Shown in pieces: positions 59,288-64,000 of a stretch of DNA of 64,000 nt. The DNA is from a bacterium. GTDB taxonomy: Bacteria; Patescibacteriota; Patescibacteriia; UBA1558; UBA10009. Every line of letters starts with the position of its first letter. Positions within the stretch are counted from its first letter, which is position 1. Position numbers and translations under genes: made by a program. The notes below the pieces were generated by a model, which saw only the letters and a list, made by a program, of their open reading frames with translations, was not told the DNA's origin and did not search any database. The stretch lies in assembly GCA_018672055.1 (NCBI GenBank), contig JABHGM010000001.1, forward strand, positions 672,977-736,976. The letters are read 5' to 3'.

Positions 59288-59512
59288 ATGACTAAAAATC
59301 ATAATAAATACACTACTATCTCTATACCTGTTCAGCTTAATGAAAAGCTGAAAGATCTAATAAAGGATACTGGTTTTAATTCAGCATCTTCTTTTGTTAC
59401 TTATGTCTTAAGACAAATTGTTTCAGAAGGAGTTAATTCAAAAGAAGGCTTTACTAAATCAGATGAACAAAAGGTAAAAGATAGATTAAAAAGTCTAGGC
59501 TACTTAAAATAG
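59288..59512 (+). CDS. CopG-like ribbon-helix-helix protein
   Basis: YTTISIP beta-ribbon, L..KL...IK.TGF.S.S.FV.YVLR, C-terminal RLKSLGYL. Confidence 0.85.
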   Translation: MTKNHNKYTTISIPVQLNEKLKDLIKDTGFNSASSFVTYVLRQIVSEGVNSKEGFTKSDEQKVKDRLKSLGYLK

Positions 59513-59513
59513 T

Positions 59514-60317
59514 ATGGATCATTTAGATGAGCTAGAAAATAAATCAATATATATTATTAGAGAAGCTTTTCATGATTTTAAAGACATGGCTCTTTTATGG
59601 TCTATTGGTAAAGACTCGACTACCCTACTTTGGCTTTGCATGAAAGCTTTTTTTGGTAAACTACCTTTTCCAGCAGTTCACATTGACACTACTTTTAAGT
59701 TTCCTGAAATGTATGAGTTTCGCGATAAGTACGCTAAAGAGTTTAATTTAAACTTAATTGTTGGTAAAAATGAAGAAGCTTTAAAAAAAGGAGTGAATTA
59801 CCAAGACACTGATACTTTTGAATGCACTCACCTCTTAAAAACAGAAGCTTTAAAACAAACTATTGCAAAACATAAGTTTAAAGCATTATTAGTTGGTATA
59901 AGACGTGATGAACATGGTATTAGAGCTAAAGAAAGATACTTTTCACCTAGAAATAAAGATTTTAAATGGAATTACAAAGATCAACCTGCAGAACTATGGG
60001 ATCAATATAAGTCAAAAGCAGAAGAAGATGTTCATTTAAGAGTTCATCCTCTACTCCATTGGACTGAACAAGATATTTGGGAATATACTAAGCGAGAAAA
60101 TATTCCAGTTAACAAACTTTACTTTGCAAAAGATGGTAAACGTTTTAGAAGTTTAGGTTGTATGCCAATTACTAAACCAATTAAATCAGAAGCAGATACA
60201 ATAGATAAAGTAATTGAAGAAATTAAAAATACCAAAGAAGCAGAAAGAGCAGGCAGATTACAAGATAAAGAACAAGCAAATACTATGGAAAAATTAAGAA
60301 GCTTAGGTTACATGTAA
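59514..60317 (+). CDS. cysD: Sulfate adenylyltransferase subunit 2
   Basis: LENKSIYIIREA, WSIGKDS, HIDT..KFPEM, RRDE...RAKERYFS.R, RVHPLL.WTE. Confidence 0.95.
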   Translation: MDHLDELENKSIYIIREAFHDFKDMALLWSIGKDSTTLLWLCMKAFFGKLPFPAVHIDTTFKFPEMYEFRDKYAKEFNLNLIVGKNEEALKKGVNYQDTDTFECTHLLKTEALKQTIAKHKFKALLVGIRRDEHGIRAKERYFSPRNKDFKWNYKDQPAELWDQYKSKAEEDVHLRVHPLLHWTEQDIWEYTKRENIPVNKLYFAKDGKRFRSLGCMPITKPIKSEADTIDKVIEEIKNTKEAERAGRLQDKEQANTMEKLRSLGYM

Positions 60318-60318
60318 T

Positions 60319-61524
60319 ATGATAAAAGAATATTTAAAATTTGTAATAGTTGGACATGTTGATCACGGTAAGTCTTCTTTAATTGGCAGATTACTTTTTG
60401 ATACTAAGTCTATTCCACAAGAAAAAATAGATGAAGTAAAAACCGTTTGCGAAGCACTAGGCAAAGACTTTGAATTCTCTTACCTCATGGATTATTTAAC
60501 TGAGGAAAGAGAAAAAAATATTACTATAGATACAACGCAAACTTTTTTTAAAACTAAACAAAGAGATTACGTTATTATAGATGCTCCAGGACATAAGGAA
60601 TTTTTAAAAAACATGATAACTGGTTCTTCTCTAGCAGAAGCTGCCATACTTATTGTAGATGCTGATGAAGGTATAAAAGAACAAACTAAAAGACATGCAT
60701 ACCTATTAAACCTACTTAATTTAAAACAAATAATTGTTGTTATAAATAAAATGGATTTAGTAGATTACCAAGAAAAACGTTTTAAAGAAGTAGAACAAGA
60801 AGTAATAACTCATTTAAATAAACTTAATTTAAAACCAAACTATATTATCCCCATATCTGCTAAAAATGGTGATAATATAGCTACTAAGGATAATAATTTA
60901 AATTGGTTTCAAGGTCCAACTGTTTTAGATGCTCTAGATTCATTTACTAATCAATTTCAAGAAGAAAACCTTCCTTTAAGACTCCCCGTACAAGATATCT
61001 ATGAAGATATGGTAGTTGGTAGAATTGAGAGTGGTAAGATAGAAAAAAACCAAGAAATTACTATTTTACCTAGTAATGTGAGTAATAAAGTATTATCCAT
61101 TAAAAAGTGGCGTGAAGAGCTAGATTTAGCTTCTTACGGACATTCAATTGGTTTAAAGTTAGATGATATACAAGTTAAAAGAGGTCAGATTATATGTGAT
61201 AAAGATAACTTACCTCAAGTAGTAAATAATTTTAAAGCAACTATATTTTGGATGAGTAGTAATGAAATAAAAGTAAATGAAATAGTATCTCTTAAAATAG
61301 TTACTCAAGAACAAGATGTAGTAATTAAAAAAATCCATAAACTTATGGACTCCTCTACTTTAGAAGAAATAGATGGTGATGTTATAAAAGAAACATATAT
61401 TGCAGAAGTAGAATTTAAATCAGATAAACCACTCGTAATCGAGAATTATAATAAGATACCAGAAATGGGTAGATTTGTTTTAATACAAAATGAAGATATT
61501 GTAGCTGGTGGAATTATAGTATAA
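60319..61524 (+). CDS. cysN: Sulfate adenylyltransferase subunit 1 (GTPase), no fused APS kinase
   Basis: GHVDHGKS..IGRLL, ITIDT, DAPGH.EF.KNM.TG.S, NKMD, SA..GDN, GRFVL. Confidence 0.93.
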   Translation: MIKEYLKFVIVGHVDHGKSSLIGRLLFDTKSIPQEKIDEVKTVCEALGKDFEFSYLMDYLTEEREKNITIDTTQTFFKTKQRDYVIIDAPGHKEFLKNMITGSSLAEAAILIVDADEGIKEQTKRHAYLLNLLNLKQIIVVINKMDLVDYQEKRFKEVEQEVITHLNKLNLKPNYIIPISAKNGDNIATKDNNLNWFQGPTVLDALDSFTNQFQEENLPLRLPVQDIYEDMVVGRIESGKIEKNQEITILPSNVSNKVLSIKKWREELDLASYGHSIGLKLDDIQVKRGQIICDKDNLPQVVNNFKATIFWMSSNEIKVNEIVSLKIVTQEQDVVIKKIHKLMDSSTLEEIDGDVIKETYIAEVEFKSDKPLVIENYNKIPEMGRFVLIQNEDIVAGGIIV

Positions 61525-61553
61525 AAAAATCGCCGAGTGTATTACTCGACGAT
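61523..61553 (-). terminator. Terminator between cysN and the NUDIX gene
   Basis: atcg-c-cgagt...actcg-a-cgat stem (G-U on minus) with U-tract on minus. Confidence 0.6.
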
Positions 61554-61570
61554 CAATAAGTATATTTACT

Positions 61571-62134
61571 TTAATGTAAATGACGCTTAAGAACTTTCCG
61601 TTCAATTATTCTATTGGCAAGATATTGAACATATTCAGGGAAGTTTGTATTTACAAAATCAATGTCTTTATGAAAAGAAAATGAATCAAACCATTTAAGC
61701 GAAGTATGCTCATAATTATGTGTAATATCTTCCGCTTTAAACATTTCAGTAACAGATAATAGAAGCATATGTGGCCAAGCACTATCATGACGAGTTTCAT
61801 CTCCATCACAAGCCATAGTCATATAAGGAAGATCTAAATAATCAAATCTTTCAGATTCATACTTTAATCCAAGTTCTTCTTCTATTTCCCTACTGCATGT
61901 TTCTCCAGGTTCTTCAAATGCATTAATAACACCACCAGGAAAGCACCACATACCTTTAAACGGATCAATTGCTCTTTTTCCAAGTAAAAACTTACCATCT
62001 GCAGAAACAATTATCACATCGACAAAACTAATTGATACTGAGTTTAAAATCTTTCTCCAATCCTTATCAGAAAAATAAACTCTTTCTACTTCAGGTTTTT
62101 TTCCTGTTATAAAACAAGGTACTTTATTTGCCAT
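61571..62134 (-). CDS. NUDIX hydrolase (GDP-mannose mannosyl hydrolase-like)
   Basis: VD.II....GKFLLGKR...P..G.W.FPGG, RE..EELG; SD AGGAGAG; TTGACA-17-TAGTTT promoter (62210-62182). Confidence 0.8.
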   Translation of the reverse strand: MANKVPCFITGKKPEVERVYFSDKDWRKILNSVSISFVDVIIVSADGKFLLGKRAIDPFKGMWCFPGGVINAFEEPGETCSREIEEELGLKYESERFDYLDLPYMTMACDGDETRHDSAWPHMLLLSVTEMFKAEDITHNYEHTSLKWFDSFSFHKDIDFVNTNFPEYVQYLANRIIERKVLKRHLH

Positions 62135-62214
62135 TTATTTTCTCTCCTATTCTATTCTGTTATATAAAAACGTAATATATTAAACTAGCATAAATATAAT
62201 AAATTGTCAATCAT

Positions 62215-62246
62215 AATAGCAATAATATACTAATATTATTGCTATT
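62215..62246. repeat. Perfect 14-bp inverted repeat between divergent promoters
   Basis: aatagcaataatat-acta-atattattgctatt. Confidence 0.7.
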
Positions 62247-62332
62247 TTAGTTAATTATAATAGATCATTGACAATTTTGAATAAATATACTATACTAATA
62301 TATCAATTTGAAAATAAATAAGGAGAAAGATA

Positions 62333-62854
62333 ATGACTATTAAATATCGTAGTCGTAACGGTGATCTATTAGCTATAGATACATCTAATAAAGCCATTCT
62401 TGAATTCGGTTTTAATTCAGATGAGAAAATATTAATTCCAAGGATTAAAAAAGAAGGCAGAGTTATAGGAGTGGCAATCTTACCATGTGATATGTGTACT
62501 TTAAACAAAGGAGATATTGCTCTCTGGATCCAACTTAATGGAGAAGATGATCTTGTAACATTCCCTGATCCAAAAAATGATTTGGAAAAAATATATGAGA
62601 CTATTACTCAAGCTAGACTAGAAATCGACACTTCTGATAAAGCATGTAGAAAATTCGGATTCGAACACAATGATAAAGTAATACTTCCTTTATCTGGGGA
62701 TATAACCGGTACTATAATTGGTGTAGCAGATATGCCAGAAGAACCTGATGTAATTAAAAGAAATGAAAAATTTCTTTGGATTCATCTAGATGATACAGCG
62801 ATAAATGTCTTGGTTTTCTCTACATACCCTAAGAGTGAATTAAAAAAAATCTAA
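62333..62854 (+). CDS. Hypothetical protein with two tandem ~80-aa repeats
   Basis: TTGACA-17-TATACT promoter (62268-62296), AAGGAG SD; IDTS.KA...FGF....K...P...G..IGVA..P...LWI.L occurs twice. Confidence 0.8.
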   Translation: MTIKYRSRNGDLLAIDTSNKAILEFGFNSDEKILIPRIKKEGRVIGVAILPCDMCTLNKGDIALWIQLNGEDDLVTFPDPKNDLEKIYETITQARLEIDTSDKACRKFGFEHNDKVILPLSGDITGTIIGVADMPEEPDVIKRNEKFLWIHLDDTAINVLVFSTYPKSELKKI

Positions 62855-62874
62855 AAAAAGATTTTACTTATCAT

Positions 62875-62902
62875 AAAAGGACTTCCTAAAAGTCCTTTTT
62901 TT
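62875..62902. terminator. Bidirectional terminator
   Basis: aaaaggactt-ccta-aaagtcctttttt between convergent genes. Confidence 0.7.
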
Positions 62903-63582
62903 TATATCCATTTCTTAAAATCGTAACATCCTTTAAACCATAGATTAAATATCCAATTCGGAGTATCTACATCTAAAGAATCTCTATGTAATTTATATGA
63001 ATTACTTTTTTTATTATTAAAACCAGGTATTATACTAAAAGCGTATTTATAATTCTCACTTACTTTATTTATTACTTCCTTATTATAACTCTTCTTATCA
63101 CCAAAAGGATATGCAAAGTAATCAGATGGTACACTACCAGCTACTTCTTGATTTAATTCTTCATCATTTATCTTAGTTAAATACTTATGTGACATACTAT
63201 GACCACCTAAGGTATGACCTTTTTCTGTTAATAAGCTACTATACTCTTTAAAATCATCGTTAATAAAAAATAATGCTTTAATAGAGTATTTATCTAATAC
63301 TGGTAATATATATTCTAACCAATTACTATACCCATCATCAAAAGTAAATAATATATTTAATTTCTTTTTATCTAAGTTATTACTTTTAAAATCATCAATA
63401 CTTATTATATTATACTTACTCTTTAAGTACTTAACCTTTTCTTCAAACTTCCCTACTTCACTTTCTTTAATATCATGTAAACACCAAATACGTAGTAAAG
63501 GTTTATTAAGCATAATCCTTCTTAAAAAAGGTATACCTGTTAAGTAAAATAGTATTATTAAGATGTTACGTAATTTATTCAT
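62902..63582 (-). CDS. Polysaccharide deacetylase (NodB/CE4)
   Basis: TFDDGY, GGHSMSH, FAYPFG. Confidence 0.88.
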   Translation of the reverse strand: MNKLRNILIILFYLTGIPFLRRIMLNKPLLRIWCLHDIKESEVGKFEEKVKYLKSKYNIISIDDFKSNNLDKKKLNILFTFDDGYSNWLEYILPVLDKYSIKALFFINDDFKEYSSLLTEKGHTLGGHSMSHKYLTKINDEELNQEVAGSVPSDYFAYPFGDKKSYNKEVINKVSENYKYAFSIIPGFNNKKSNSYKLHRDSLDVDTPNWIFNLWFKGCYDFKKWI

Positions 63583-63584
63583 AA

Positions 63585-63998
63585 TTATTGAATTTCAAAG
63601 CTAGATAAAATGTTCAAAAAATCATAATAAGTTAATCTATTGCCTTCTCCTGCCTTATAAGTTAATAAATATGAAGAACTCTCTCTCACTATAACTAAAC
63701 CAATATAAGGTGAACCTTCATAAACCTCTGTTGCTAAATATTTTATAGCAGGTTCATTATCTACCATAACAATACCTTGATGTTCTAATTTTTCATTATC
63801 AATCTGTATAATCTCACCTTCTTCAATTGAGCTTAATTTTTCATAAACATTTAATGACCAACTATAACTACCATAAGAAGTATTTTTATCATATGCTTTT
63901 TCAGCAAATATTTTTACTTCTTCGCAACCATCCGTGCATCTACTATTATTTATATCTGATTCTTTACTAAGAGCAAGCCTTAAAAAAGGTCTTATTTT
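63585..63998 (-). CDS. Partial hypothetical protein, C-terminal part (PsbP-like ending)
   Basis: Frame stays open from the 63585 stop to the window edge (KIRPFLRL...RCTDGC...FLNILSSFEIQ*); the 60-aa track ORF is only its tail. Confidence 0.65.
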   Translation of the reverse strand, partial: KIRPFLRLALSKESDINNSRCTDGCEEVKIFAEKAYDKNTSYGSYSWSLNVYEKLSSIEEGEIIQIDNEKLEHQGIVMVDNEPAIKYLATEVYEGSPYIGLVIVRESSSYLLTYKAGEGNRLTYYDFLNILSSFEIQ

Positions 63999-64000
63999 TT

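Noticed and set aside
2807-62508. Antisense or overlapping short ORFs in the track (e.g. 2807+, 3375+, 4993+, 5422+, 6374+, 8731+, 11143+, 11339+, 13029+, 16474-, 17571-, 21778+, 23400+, 24534+, 25141+, 25813+, 30364+, 30401+, 34579-, 35203-, 39834+, 46989+, 57748+, 62290-)
   Set aside because: They lie mostly opposite well-supported genes, show the Ser/Leu/Ile/Phe-rich composition of shadow frames, and have no motifs.
1-64000. CRISPR arrays, transposases, integrases, prophage genes, or an att duplication of the tRNA 3' end
   Set aside because: None seen by eye; no regularly spaced repeats or recombinase motifs.

Overview
Very AT-rich bacterial chromosomal window using genetic code 11 (TGA is a stop, e.g. 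in lepA). The gene set suggests Patescibacteria/CPR (inference): DUF4012- and DUF5667-like proteins, short AlaRS, short L13, rplQ-rplM-rpsI fused to the alpha operon, and SD-less housekeeping genes. Contents in order: the end of a glycan operon (1-7.5 kb); infA-rpmJ-rpsM-rpsK-rpsD-rpoA-rplQ-rplM-rpsI; mnmA/alaS; rpmA; RlpA-like-ftsE-ftsX; tRNA-Thr(CGT); ftsB-like/foldase; murJ-lepA; a ~33-kb surface-glycan region (GT2/GT4/GT-C transferases, flippase, gmd/fcl, aminosugar, formyl and methyl enzymes, three radical SAM enzymes); and an RHH-cysD-cysN operon. The top finding is an ORF-free, densely base-paired ~700-nt candidate ncRNA (about 27554->26850, minus strand). It has its own consensus promoter, a terminal stem/U-tract and a possible long-range SD/anti-SD-like pseudoknot, and it lacks recognisable RNase P, tmRNA, SRP or intron signatures. 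Other notable items: an RNA polymerase alpha subunit with no CTD; a WcaL-type GT4 split at its EX7E motif; a shared C-terminal LxSLGY tail on the RHH protein and CysD; self-contained orphan cassettes that alone carry strong Shine-Dalgarno sites; and unannotated small ORFs. All calls come from reading by eye, with no database searches.
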